From positions 7,638-71,637 of the forward strand of contig DATLAK010000171.1 of NCBI GenBank assembly GCA_035527535.1: DNA of 64,000 bases, read 5' to 3'. Each line of letters begins with the position of its first letter. The stretch's first letter is position 1. Position numbers and translations under genes: made by a program. The stretch is from Armatimonadota bacterium (GTDB lineage Bacteria; Armatimonadota; Hebobacteria; GCA-020354555; CP070648). Shown in pieces: positions 30,918 to 40,213 of this stretch. Under the pieces are notes generated by a model. The model was not told where the DNA came from and searched no databases. It saw only the letters and a list, made by a program, of their open reading frames with translations.

Positions 30918-32687
30918 ATGCCTGAGCGCGCACTATTCGTCGTCTCTGACAGCGAATCCATCCTGGAGCGGATGGAGCCGCTGCTGGCCGACCTGCGGGA
31001 AGAGGTCGAGCCGCTGGTGGTGCTGCGCTACGCGCCTTCCGCCCAGCGCTTGCGCGCCCTGGGGTATCCGACGCTGCTGGTCAGCGATGTGCTCAACTGG
31101 GAGCAACTGCTGCCCTACACGCGCGCGCCGCGGGAGATCTTCGGCTCCGCGGTCACGCCCCAATCCTTCGACGGCGTCGCGCTGGAGCAGGTGACCACCT
31201 TCGACCGGCGGCTGGCCGAGATGCAGCGCCGGCCGCGCCAGGCCCGCGCGGTGCTGGTCGAGGCGGGCGAGATAGTGACGCGCTTCCTGTCGCTGGCGCG
31301 CTTCTGGCAGCCGAGGCTGGTCTTCGTGTGGAACGGCTATGCCCTTCCGCACAGCCCCATCAAGGCGCTGGCGAAGCAACACGGCGCGTTCACGCTGTGC
31401 GCGGAGCGGGGCCTGGTGCCCGATTCGATGGTGATGGATACCGAGGGCGTCAATGCCGGCTCCTACCTGTGCGGGCCGAAGTGGGAGGAGATCGCCGCCC
31501 GGCCCCTGGACGCCGAGGGCGAGCAGATCGTCGCTGACTATCGGCAGCGCCACGCCGCCGAGCGCCGCAGTGTGATCGCGGTGGGTTCTGCGACTGCCGG
31601 CGAGGACCTGTCGCGGGAGCTGGGAGTCCCCGGCGGGGCGAAGGTCATCCTGTGCCCGGTGCAGTTGGACCTGGACACCAACCCCATCCTCTTCTCCCCC
31701 CACTTCCCGACCAACAGCGATGTGGCGCGGGCGCTGGTGGAAGCGGGCGGCGGCCGCGATTTCTACGTCCTGCTGAAGGCCCACCCCGAGGATATGACCG
31801 ACCCGAGTCGCTACCAGGAGCTGTTGGGCGACGCGGGCCGGGTCGTCGGCAAGGATGTGCCCTTGCACTCGCTGATGGACCTCACCGACATCGTGGTCAC
31901 GCGCAACTCGACGGTGGGATTCGAGGGGCTGCTGCTGGGCAAGCCGGCGGTGGTGCTGGGGCGCAGCATCTACTCGCACAAGGGCTTCACGCGCGACGTG
32001 ACCGACGTCGGGTCGCTGCGGCAGGCGCTCGAGGCCGCCGCGACCGAGGGCCTGACGCCCGAGCAGGACGAGGTCTTCCGGCGCTTCCTGGCCTATTTCC
32101 TGCGCCGGTACCACTACTACGTGCGGCCCGAGGGCTGGCAGCGGGAGACGAACCAGCGCAAGCTGGAGTTCATTCGCGCATCGCTGCTAGAGGCCCGGCC
32201 CGAGTGGGGGGAGGCGACCCCGGGCGAGACCTCCTTCTGGCGGGGGCTGTTGGCGGTCGAGGACGAGCTGGCGCAACTGGGCCGACGGGTATCGCTGCGC
32301 GCCGCGGAGGGCGGTGAAGGCCCACCGCAGCGGATCCTCGTGGTGAAAACCTGCCCGCCGGGGCCGCTGGGGCGCTTGGTCGAGCGCCTGCGGCGCGACC
32401 TGCCGGAAGTCTCGTTGAGCCTGGTTCTGAGGCGGCCGGAGGAGTTGCCGCAGGCGATATTGGGGCAGTTCGCGGCGCGGTACGCGCTATCAAACCCCCT
32501 GCAGGCGGCGGGGGTGTTGGCGCGGGGATGGGATGTGGTCATCTACTGCCTGAACAACGTCTCGGTCCCGCCGGGTCCGCTATTCAACTTCAACCGGCTG
32601 GTGCGCGCGCCGACGCGGCTGCTGGCGGACGATGTGGGGCGGCTGCTGGTGATCGGCGGCTCGCGGCCGTGGGCGCCGACCGGGTAA
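30918..32687 (+). CDS. capsule polysaccharide biosynthesis protein (Capsule_synth / KpsC-KpsS-like) with ~180-aa C-terminal extension
   Basis: ...FYVLLKAHPEDMTDP...LTDIVVTRNSTVGFEGLLLGKPAVVLGRSIYSHKGFT... matches the KpsC/KpsS/LpsZ family pattern. Confidence 0.6.
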   Translation: MPERALFVVSDSESILERMEPLLADLREEVEPLVVLRYAPSAQRLRALGYPTLLVSDVLNWEQLLPYTRAPREIFGSAVTPQSFDGVALEQVTTFDRRLAEMQRRPRQARAVLVEAGEIVTRFLSLARFWQPRLVFVWNGYALPHSPIKALAKQHGAFTLCAERGLVPDSMVMDTEGVNAGSYLCGPKWEEIAARPLDAEGEQIVADYRQRHAAERRSVIAVGSATAGEDLSRELGVPGGAKVILCPVQLDLDTNPILFSPHFPTNSDVARALVEAGGGRDFYVLLKAHPEDMTDPSRYQELLGDAGRVVGKDVPLHSLMDLTDIVVTRNSTVGFEGLLLGKPAVVLGRSIYSHKGFTRDVTDVGSLRQALEAAATEGLTPEQDEVFRRFLAYFLRRYHYYVRPEGWQRETNQRKLEFIRASLLEARPEWGEATPGETSFWRGLLAVEDELAQLGRRVSLRAAEGGEGPPQRILVVKTCPPGPLGRLVERLRRDLPEVSLSLVLRRPEELPQAILGQFAARYALSNPLQAAGVLARGWDVVIYCLNNVSVPPGPLFNFNRLVRAPTRLLADDVGRLLVIGGSRPWAPTG

Positions 32688-32764
32688 CGCGCGCGATGCC
32701 GAGGGCGGAGAGGATGCCTGTCGCGCGGAACTAGAAGTCCTGAGTGTCTGTGCAGGGAGACCGC

Positions 32765-33727
32765 ATGAAGCCGGATGCACAAGCGCCGGCCGGAGGCCGG
32801 GATGGCGCCGCTCAGCTGCGGGCGCGCGTGGCCGCCCTGGAGCGCGAGGTCGCGCGCCGGGAGGAGTTCATCCAACGTGTGATCACCTCTCGGCCCTATC
32901 GGGTTTGGCGCGCGCTCAAGCGAGCGTGCGGCCGCGGCCACCAGGGCCTGCGTTGTCCGCCGGTGGAAGCGCCCGCTCCCCGGCCCGTCGCGCCGCCGCC
33001 CGCGGCTGCGCCCGCTCCTGTCGGCAGCCCCCGGCGCACGCCGAGCCGCGGCGAACTCGGCCTCAGGCTGAGCGGCGTGGGAGTGGACATCAGCCCCCTG
33101 CACAGCCCGGTCGCAACCGACCCGCAGCGCAGCCGGGTTTACTATGTGGACCGCCTCGAAGCGGAGCAGATACGCCGCCACTACCCGAACATGGTCGAGC
33201 GCGGGTTAGTCATGCCCGACGTGGTGTGCGATGGCGGGGCGGGCCTGGCGTTTGGCGACTCGACTCTCAATTTCATCATTGCGAGCCATCTGCTGGAGCA
33301 TGTGCACGATCCCATCGGCGCCTTGCGGGCGTGGCATCGGGCGCTGCGTCCGGGCGGCCATCTGCTGATGGTCGTGCCCGACCCCGGCAGGTGCGCCGAC
33401 CGGTCGCGTTTGGTCACCCCCATTGACCACCTCATCGCCGATCACGAGGCGCCGTCGGCAGAGCGCGATCTTGAGCACTTCCGGGAGTGGGCGCAATTCT
33501 GGGACAAGTGCGCCGACGGCCTGGCCATCGAGGCGCGGGCGCGCAAACTGGTCGAAATGGGATACGCGATCCACTACCACGACTGGTCGGCAGCGACCCT
33601 GGCGCAGGCCATGCAGTGCGTGCAAGAGCGCTACGGCTGCCACTGGCGCGGACTGGTGATACCGGACGTCGCCAGCGCGGAGGGGTTCGTCGGCTTGTGG
33701 GAGAAACTGGGCTCCGCGTCGGGATGA
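32765..33727 (+). CDS. class I SAM-dependent methyltransferase with N-terminal coiled-coil
   Basis: Methyltransf_11/23-like core VVCDGGAGLAFGDSTLNFIIASHLLEHVHDPIGALRAWHRALRPGGHLLMVVP; ATG 32765 preceded by GGGAGA; upstream GTG 32744 alternative. Confidence 0.7.
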   Translation: MKPDAQAPAGGRDGAAQLRARVAALEREVARREEFIQRVITSRPYRVWRALKRACGRGHQGLRCPPVEAPAPRPVAPPPAAAPAPVGSPRRTPSRGELGLRLSGVGVDISPLHSPVATDPQRSRVYYVDRLEAEQIRRHYPNMVERGLVMPDVVCDGGAGLAFGDSTLNFIIASHLLEHVHDPIGALRAWHRALRPGGHLLMVVPDPGRCADRSRLVTPIDHLIADHEAPSAERDLEHFREWAQFWDKCADGLAIEARARKLVEMGYAIHYHDWSAATLAQAMQCVQERYGCHWRGLVIPDVASAEGFVGLWEKLGSASG

Positions 33728-33796
33728 CGCGGGATCGCCCTTCGTAATCGGCCCGCGGGCGGCAACTGCGCGTGCCCAAAGCCTTTTTCGCATACC

Positions 33797-33815
33797 CGGT
33801 CGGCTTTCGCCCGAC
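33797..33815 (+). terminator. GC-rich hairpin 70 nt downstream of the methyltransferase gene (possible intrinsic terminator, no U-tract)
   Basis: GGTCGGC-TTTC-GCCCGACC, 7-bp stem with a one-base bulge. Confidence 0.3.
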
Positions 33816-33921
33816 CACCGTGGACGGCGTATTCGAGATCGTGTCTTGCCACCATGTCATCAAGCGGGTTGACCTGAACCAACCCTCGTCCGCAGTGTAA
33901 GCTATGTATCCGGTACAGTGT

Positions 33922-33970
33922 AAGCGATCTCTCCGGTCGGGACCCCCTGAGAGGGGGAGGAGATCGCTTG
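33922..33970 (+). promoter_or_regulatory. nested stem-loop element upstream of the FHA/MraY-fusion operon
   Basis: AAGCGATCTCTCC...GGAGGAGATCGCTT 13-bp inverted repeat enclosing CCCCCT-GAG-AGGGGG; preceded by direct repeat CAGTGTAAGC x2 (33907-33929). Confidence 0.35.
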
Positions 33971-34013
33971 CCCCAAACCAACGCTCCGAGTTCACACCTC
34001 GCAGGCTGCAGCC

Positions 34014-34043
34014 TTGACACCGCCGCGGGGCCGGGCCTAGAAT
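34014..34043 (+). promoter_or_regulatory. sigma70-like promoter for the FHA / MraY-fusion genes
   Basis: TTGACA (34014-34019) - 18 nt - TAGAAT (34038-34043), then RBS GGAGGG and ATG 34065. Confidence 0.5.
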
Positions 34044-34064
34044 GGACTCGATGGAGGGCGACCG

Positions 34065-34529
34065 ATGCCCGGATGCTCGCGGTGCGGCGCGGAGAGCGCC
34101 GCCGATAGCCGTTTCTGCCAGAGCTGCGGGCACGAACTCGAGCGCTTCGCGCCGCTGGCGGATGACGACACCATCATCATGCGGCTGGTGACGGGGGAGA
34201 GCGGCTCCCGGCCACGGGAATCCCCGGGGCGCGCCCACCTGTGGCTGCTCGAGCCCACCGGGCGGCAAGTCGAGCGGGCGGCGGAGTTATCCGGTGATCA
34301 ACCGGTGGTGATCGGGCGTCGCGCCGACTCGACGGTGGTGCTACCGTCCAACACCGTATCGCGCCGTCACGCCCAGATCTGGCGCGACGACGACCGCTAC
34401 TTCGTGAGCGACCTGGGCAGCACCAACGGCACCCTGCTCAACGGCGAGCCGGTCATCGGCGCCGAGCGCCTGAGCGACCGCGACGAGATCGCCGTCGGCA
34501 TCTACAAGCTCATCTTCCGCAATACCTGA
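34065..34529 (+). CDS. FHA-domain protein with N-terminal zinc-ribbon
   Basis: CSRCGAESAADSRFCQSCGH (zinc ribbon), FHA core VVIGRRADSTVVLPSNTVSRRHAQIWRDDDRYFVSDLGSTNGTLLNGEPV. Confidence 0.8.
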   Translation: MPGCSRCGAESAADSRFCQSCGHELERFAPLADDDTIIMRLVTGESGSRPRESPGRAHLWLLEPTGRQVERAAELSGDQPVVIGRRADSTVVLPSNTVSRRHAQIWRDDDRYFVSDLGSTNGTLLNGEPVIGAERLSDRDEIAVGIYKLIFRNT

Positions 34530-34593
34530 TGCGCGGCGGCCGGGCGCGATCCAGGCGTCGCGTCTGGCGGCGCGACCAACCGGCGCAGCGACC

Positions 34594-37485
34594 ATGCTCT
34601 ATTCCGCAGCCGCATTCGCTATAGCCTTCGTCCTCGCCCTCGTGGGCACCGCCGTGCTCCGGCGGCGCTTCGGGGATTTCGTCTCGCGCGAGGCCAAGCC
34701 GGGCAAGGAGAAGATCCACCGCCTGTTCCCCAAGCCGCGCAAGCCTCTCGGCGGCGGCGCGAGCATGATGGTCGCATTCGCCGTCGGTGCGCTGGTCGCG
34801 GCGCGCATGCGCGGCGACGCGCCGCGGGGAATCGAGGCGGTCATCTCGGTCATCGCCGGCGCGTGGCTGTTCGCCGCCATCGGCATGACCGATGATCTGC
34901 GCAAGGCTCGGGGACTGGGCCTGTCCGAGCGCGCCAAGCTGCTACTGCAGATCGGCCTCGGCCTGGGGCTGGGGCTCTACCTGAAGCTGCGCCTGTCGGA
35001 CGGGCAGGTCTATGTGCCGCTCGCCGGTCACTACCTCGAGCTGGGCTGGCTTTACGTGCCCTTCGCCGCGGTCGTCATCATCGCCACCTCCAATGCCGTC
35101 AACCTCACCGACGGCGTGGACGGCCTGGCGGCGGGGAGCGTGGCGATCGCGGGGGTGGCGTACTTCCTGGTCGGCCTCATCGGCAGCTCGCTGGTGCAAT
35201 TGACGGCGCCGGCGCTCGTCGGCGCATGCCTGGGCTTCCTGGTATTCAACTATCCCCCGGCGCGGGTGATCATGGGTGATACGGGAGCGCTGGGCCTGGG
35301 GGCGGCGCTGGCGATGATGGCGCTAGTGTCGCTGAGCGAATGGACCTTGGTCCTGATCGGCGGCGTGTTCGTGATAGACGCCCTCTCGGTCATCCTGCAA
35401 ACGGGGACGGTCAAGGTGGCGCGGGGGCCGCTGCAGCTTTTGCGCCATCGCACCGGCGAGCCGTGGCGGCCGTTCCTGTGCACTCCGCTGCACCATCACT
35501 TCCAGTGGCTGGGATGGCGCGAGGGGCGCATCCTGGCGCTGTTCTGGGGCACGGGCTTGGGGCTGGCGCTGCTGGGGGTGCTGGACTACCGGCTGCGGGC
35601 GGACTGGCTGTGGGTCATCGGGCTGGCCCTGATGGGCGCCTTTCTCGGCGGGGCGGCGTGGCACAAGGTGGCGCGCGCCAATTTCTTCCTGGGGCTGATG
35701 CCGGCGGACGACGGCGAGGAACTGCTGGCCCTGTTCCGGGGAGTGCCGCTGCGGGTGCTGGGACGCGCGCTCTATCGGTGCTGGCGGGTGACGCCGATCG
35801 TGGGCCGCGCGATGGGGCCGGTGGCGGCGGAGAATCTGTGGCGGCCGTTGGGAGAGATCGAGGCCGGGATCCTGCTGGGCAAGGTTTACGGTGAGCACAA
35901 GCTCTACGACCAGGCGCTGGCGGAGTGGGAGCAGGTGCCCGTGCGCAACCTGGTGTTGCGCCGCGACGTGGCCCTGCGGCTGGCGCGGATCTACTACGCG
36001 CGCAATCGCATCCTCGACGCGGTGCGACTGTGGGAGATGCTGCCCGCGGGTGCGGACGAGGCCGGCGGCCTGGGCGCCGTGGTGGCGCGCGCGAAGGCGC
36101 GGCTGGCGGACCTGGCGGGCAAGTCCTACCGGCAGGCCATGCGCTCGCGCGAGCGGGGCGAACTCGCCCAGGCGCGGCGGCTCAACCAGGACCTGCTGGA
36201 GCTGCTGGTGTACGAACGCGAGAAGATGGAGGCGCCGGGCGGGCAGGCGCGGTCGCCGCAGGACGACCGCCGGCGCAATCTCTTCAGGCGCATGGAGCGG
36301 GCGGTGCTGCGCCGCATCGCCGACCTCGACCAGCGGCTGCAGGCGCCGGAGGACGCAGCGCCGCCGCGACCGGCGCTGCCGCAGTGTGACGAACGCACGC
36401 GAACGATAGCGCGCCGGCTCGGGCTCAGCGGCGAGCAGTTCGCGCAGGCGTTCAGCGCCTGCCCTTACGGCACGCCGCGGGCGCGCTGGTGCGAGGAGGT
36501 GCCGGGGGCCTCGCGCAACGAGATCTACCGCCTCGACGCGCAGTGGGCGGGGCCGGCGACAATCATCGCCAAGTGCTACGATCCCGCGCGCATCCGCTTC
36601 TTCGCGGCCTGTTACCGGCGCGAGGCGGAGGTGGTGCGACTGCTGCACGAGTACGGGTGCGCGGTGCCGGAGTTCTACGGCGGCGCGCTCAACCGGCGAC
36701 GGGCGGTGGGGTTCTTCGAGGACCTGGGGCCGGCGACCTTAGCTCAGCGGCTGGGCGAGGTCGGGCGCGAGCAGCGCGTGCGCGTGCTGGAGCGCGCGGT
36801 GGAGGCAGTGGCAGCCATGCACGCCACCGCCCGCCGCCACCTGCCGCGGCTGCGGGAGGAGATCCTGCGCATTGACAAAGAGGCGCTGAGCGAGCGCTAC
36901 TACATGGACGCATTCAAGATCGCGCTGGGGCGACTGCTGGAGCTGGCGCGGGCGGACCTATCGGTGGATGAGTGGGGCATCATCGAGGGGCAGTTCAGGG
37001 AGGTGGCAGCCATGCTGGCGACTCAACCCAGGACCTTCATCCACTTCGAGTTGACGCCGCACCACCTCGCGCTGCGCGGGGCCGCCTTCGTCGCCTTTGA
37101 CTTCGAGCAGGCCACCATCGGCCCGCCGGAATTCGACGTGGTGGCGCTGCTGCGCTCCCCCGACAGCGACCTGACGGAGCCCGAGGTGCAGCGTTTGCTC
37201 GGGCGCTACCACGAGGCGGTCGCCAAGGCCGAGACCGAGCCGCTTCCCCCCGGCGCCCCCGCGGCCGCCGACTACGCGGCGCTGTTCAAGGGTTTGAGCT
37301 ACGCCGGGGCCGCCGCCAATTTCGCGCGCAAGTTCGGCGCCGAGGCATGGCTGGGGCGGCTGCGCTGGTACCTCGATGACTGGTCGGCGGTCGCGCTCCG
37401 CACCTCCGCGCTCGCCGACACGGCGCACATCGTGCGCTCACGCCTGGAGTCCATGCTGCCCCCCGCCAACCCGGATCAGTTATGA
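34594..37485 (+). CDS. mraY: fusion protein: MraY-type phospho-N-acetylmuramoyl-pentapeptide transferase (aa 1-~330) + TPR-like helical region + C-terminal aminoglycoside-phosphotransferase-fold kinase-like domain (963 aa)
   Basis: MraY motifs: KPLGGGASMMV (cf. TPTMGG), SNAVNLTDGVDGLAAGS, VFNYPPARVIMGDTGALGLGAALA, and MraY-specific TPLHHHFQWLGWREGRI. C-terminal domain: FIHFELTPHHLALRG...VAFDFEQATIGPPEFDVVALL = APH/ChoK-like catalytic and DFE-type metal-binding motifs. Confidence 0.8.
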   Translation: MLYSAAAFAIAFVLALVGTAVLRRRFGDFVSREAKPGKEKIHRLFPKPRKPLGGGASMMVAFAVGALVAARMRGDAPRGIEAVISVIAGAWLFAAIGMTDDLRKARGLGLSERAKLLLQIGLGLGLGLYLKLRLSDGQVYVPLAGHYLELGWLYVPFAAVVIIATSNAVNLTDGVDGLAAGSVAIAGVAYFLVGLIGSSLVQLTAPALVGACLGFLVFNYPPARVIMGDTGALGLGAALAMMALVSLSEWTLVLIGGVFVIDALSVILQTGTVKVARGPLQLLRHRTGEPWRPFLCTPLHHHFQWLGWREGRILALFWGTGLGLALLGVLDYRLRADWLWVIGLALMGAFLGGAAWHKVARANFFLGLMPADDGEELLALFRGVPLRVLGRALYRCWRVTPIVGRAMGPVAAENLWRPLGEIEAGILLGKVYGEHKLYDQALAEWEQVPVRNLVLRRDVALRLARIYYARNRILDAVRLWEMLPAGADEAGGLGAVVARAKARLADLAGKSYRQAMRSRERGELAQARRLNQDLLELLVYEREKMEAPGGQARSPQDDRRRNLFRRMERAVLRRIADLDQRLQAPEDAAPPRPALPQCDERTRTIARRLGLSGEQFAQAFSACPYGTPRARWCEEVPGASRNEIYRLDAQWAGPATIIAKCYDPARIRFFAACYRREAEVVRLLHEYGCAVPEFYGGALNRRRAVGFFEDLGPATLAQRLGEVGREQRVRVLERAVEAVAAMHATARRHLPRLREEILRIDKEALSERYYMDAFKIALGRLLELARADLSVDEWGIIEGQFREVAAMLATQPRTFIHFELTPHHLALRGAAFVAFDFEQATIGPPEFDVVALLRSPDSDLTEPEVQRLLGRYHEAVAKAETEPLPPGAPAAADYAALFKGLSYAGAAANFARKFGAEAWLGRLRWYLDDWSAVALRTSALADTAHIVRSRLESMLPPANPDQL

Positions 37486-37630
37486 TTCGGGTTGGCGCCC
37501 CGACATGTCGGGGCGGTCAGCGTTCTACGCTCTCCTTTCGGGAAGCAGGGCGCGCGCCCATGCTTGCGCGCACAGTGCGCGGCACTTGAGTACATTCGGG
37601 GCGCGTGGGGATGAAGACCGCGCGTCCCCC

Positions 37631-40015
37631 TCACCGGCGTGGATGCACTACCGCGCGCACTTCGTGGGTCTCATTGTCGTCGTGGGGCGGGATGATGTTG
37701 CCCGCGAGCTGCTCCCCGTCGCAGGTGAGCGTGACCTCGCCGCAGCATACGCCCCTGGGCTTCTCGATTACGATGTGATAGGTGGCTCCGCGGAAGGGCC
37801 GCGTGACCTCGGCGCGCTCCCACTCGCCGGGCATGCAGGGGTCTATTCTCAGGCCGTCCCACGCCGGGTGGACGCCCAGGATCCAGTCCAAGCACGCCCG
37901 CCACATCCACGCCGCGGTGCCAGTGGCCCACGAGAACTCCCCCTGACCGAAGTCCTCGGAATCGGGCCCGCACACGAACTCGGAATAGACGTAGGGCTCA
38001 GCCTTGTAGACGTCGGGTTCCTCGCCGCGGGTGATGAACGACGTCCGCCGCCACAGGTCGTAGGCGCGGTCGCCGCGTCCGAGCTTGCATTCGGCGATGA
38101 TGGCCCAGCACACGGGGTGGTTGAAGATGGTGCCGTTTTCCTTGGTGCCGGGGGCGAAGCGGGTGATGATGCCGATCTCGGGATCGGGCCGACGGTAGGC
38201 GGGCAGGAACAGGCACGGGCCGTAGGGGGTGTCGAGATGCTCCGCCACCGCGTCCAGGCACCGCCGCGCGCGCTCGTCGGCGGCGATGCCCGCGATCACG
38301 CACCAGGTCTGGGCGTTGAGGAAGATGCGGCCTTCCTCGTCGTGCGCGGAGCCGAGCACTCGGCCCTCATCCGTGGTCGCGCGAATATACCACTCGCCGT
38401 CCCAGCATAGGTCATTGACGCGATCGGCGAGCAAGGAGCACTCGGCGGTGTAGCGCCGCGCCCGCCGCTCGTCGCCGCGGCGCTGCGCGAGCTCGCGCAC
38501 CTCGTGCAGCATCCAGCACAGGTGGCCGGCCACCATCACGCTCTCACCGCGCCCCTCGCGTCCCACGAAGTCGAGGCCGTCGTTCCAGTCGGCGGCGCCC
38601 ATCAGCGGCAGGCCCCGTGGGCTGAAGCGGCCCAACGTGTAGTCAATCGCCCGCACCAGGTGCTCGTAGACCGTTCCCTCCGGGCCGTCGTGGTAGGGCA
38701 CGCGCGAGTCCAGGAGGCCGAACTCGCCCGTCTCCTTGAGGTAGAAGACCATGCCCAGAGCGAGCCACAAGGGGTCGTCGGAATGCCCACTCTTGACGCC
38801 GATGTCGGTGCGCGGGTCCCAGTTGTGCAGGCAACTACCGTCGGAGAACTGGTGGCGCAGCAGGTAGAGCATGCGCTGCCGGCTCCACCGGGGGTCGTTG
38901 GGCAAGACCCCGAGCAGGTCCTGCCAGCTATCGCGGAAGCCCACGATCGAGCCCCCGCCGATGTAGTAGGAGTCCATGCGCGACCAGTGCGCGGTCACCC
39001 ACGCCTGGTACTTGTTCCAGATGTTGACCGACAGGTCGAAGCGCGGGTCCGGAGTCCGCACCCGGACCCGCGCAAGGTAGGAATCCCAGTATGACTTGAC
39101 CTGCGCCACGGCGGCGGCGCCCGCGCCGCGCCGGCGGTACTTGCGCACCAGGCGCTGGACGCCCTCGCGGTCGAAGGCCACGCCCAGGATCGCCGCCAGC
39201 TCGCGCTCCTCGCCGGGGGCCAGCGATAGGTTGTGCTGGAGTGCCGCCGCCGCCGCCTTGCCGCTGGCGGCGGTGTTGGAGCACGCCCCTCGCTCCACCG
39301 CCAGCGGGCAGTGCCACGAGCGGTACATGCCGATGAAGTCCTCCTCCGAGGTGTCGTAGCCGTGCACCTCGAAGTCGCCGGCGAAGAAGGCGAGCTTGTC
39401 CCACGCCTCATTGGGCGGCAAGCCGTCGCGCGTCGGCTTGTTCCAGTAGCGCGAGGTGGCGTGGATGATGCCGTCCGCGACCCAGGTCTGGGTGAAGAGC
39501 TCGGCGAAAGCGTGCTCGGTCAGGTGGTAGGCGTAGTTGCCCAGGCACCAGTCGGCGTAGAAGAAGAGGTTGAAGCTGCGGGGCTGCGCGCCGGTGTTGC
39601 GCAGCTTGACCAGCCACAGCTCGAGGTCGTCGTCGCGTGGCACGACGAACGTGACTTCGCCCTCGAGGTCGAAGTACAGCGAGCGCACCCAGGTATAGCC
39701 CTGACCGTGGCCGCTCTCCCAGCGCTCCGGCTCCACCATCGTCGGCTGCCACGTCAGCCCCCAGCAGTGCTTGGGGTTATCCGCGTCGCGCACGTAGATG
39801 TAGCGCCCCGGGCGGTCGCGCAGCACCGCCAGCGACGGGTACCCCCCCAGGATGCGGTCATACCCCGCGCTCTCGTAGAACGAATAACCGCCCCCCGTGT
39901 GCGAGCACAGGGCGCAGTAGTGTTCATTCGACAGGTAGTTGATCCATGGCCGCGGGGGGGAGTGGGTGGTTATGAGGAACTCCCTGCCGTCATCGCTGAA
40001 ACGACCGTATTGCAT
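37631..40015 (-). CDS. glycoside hydrolase family 94 glycan phosphorylase (cellobiose/chitobiose phosphorylase-like)
   Basis: N-terminal QYGRFSDDGREFLITTHSPPRPWINYLSNEHYCALCSHTGGGYSFY... typical GH94; ~794 aa from ATG 40015 with RBS GGGGAGG; the first 17 codons of the ORF-track call are likely upstream extension. Confidence 0.8.
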   Translation of the reverse strand: MQYGRFSDDGREFLITTHSPPRPWINYLSNEHYCALCSHTGGGYSFYESAGYDRILGGYPSLAVLRDRPGRYIYVRDADNPKHCWGLTWQPTMVEPERWESGHGQGYTWVRSLYFDLEGEVTFVVPRDDDLELWLVKLRNTGAQPRSFNLFFYADWCLGNYAYHLTEHAFAELFTQTWVADGIIHATSRYWNKPTRDGLPPNEAWDKLAFFAGDFEVHGYDTSEEDFIGMYRSWHCPLAVERGACSNTAASGKAAAAALQHNLSLAPGEERELAAILGVAFDREGVQRLVRKYRRRGAGAAAVAQVKSYWDSYLARVRVRTPDPRFDLSVNIWNKYQAWVTAHWSRMDSYYIGGGSIVGFRDSWQDLLGVLPNDPRWSRQRMLYLLRHQFSDGSCLHNWDPRTDIGVKSGHSDDPLWLALGMVFYLKETGEFGLLDSRVPYHDGPEGTVYEHLVRAIDYTLGRFSPRGLPLMGAADWNDGLDFVGREGRGESVMVAGHLCWMLHEVRELAQRRGDERRARRYTAECSLLADRVNDLCWDGEWYIRATTDEGRVLGSAHDEEGRIFLNAQTWCVIAGIAADERARRCLDAVAEHLDTPYGPCLFLPAYRRPDPEIGIITRFAPGTKENGTIFNHPVCWAIIAECKLGRGDRAYDLWRRTSFITRGEEPDVYKAEPYVYSEFVCGPDSEDFGQGEFSWATGTAAWMWRACLDWILGVHPAWDGLRIDPCMPGEWERAEVTRPFRGATYHIVIEKPRGVCCGEVTLTCDGEQLAGNIIPPHDDNETHEVRAVVHPRR

Positions 40016-40213
40016 AAGGCCTCCCCGAAGCCGACGGAATGCCGCTCCGCCGACCCGCACTCTCACTTCGCCGGGCGCGAACGTGCCTTCGACCTTGCCC
40101 AGGGCAGACCTTGCCAGCGCGGCCGCACAAGGCGCCGCGATCTTGGCACCGTTTTCGCACCTGCGATGGGGTCAAGTAGAGAGTAGCGGCGCCCGGCCGC
40201 GCGTCCTGGCAGC

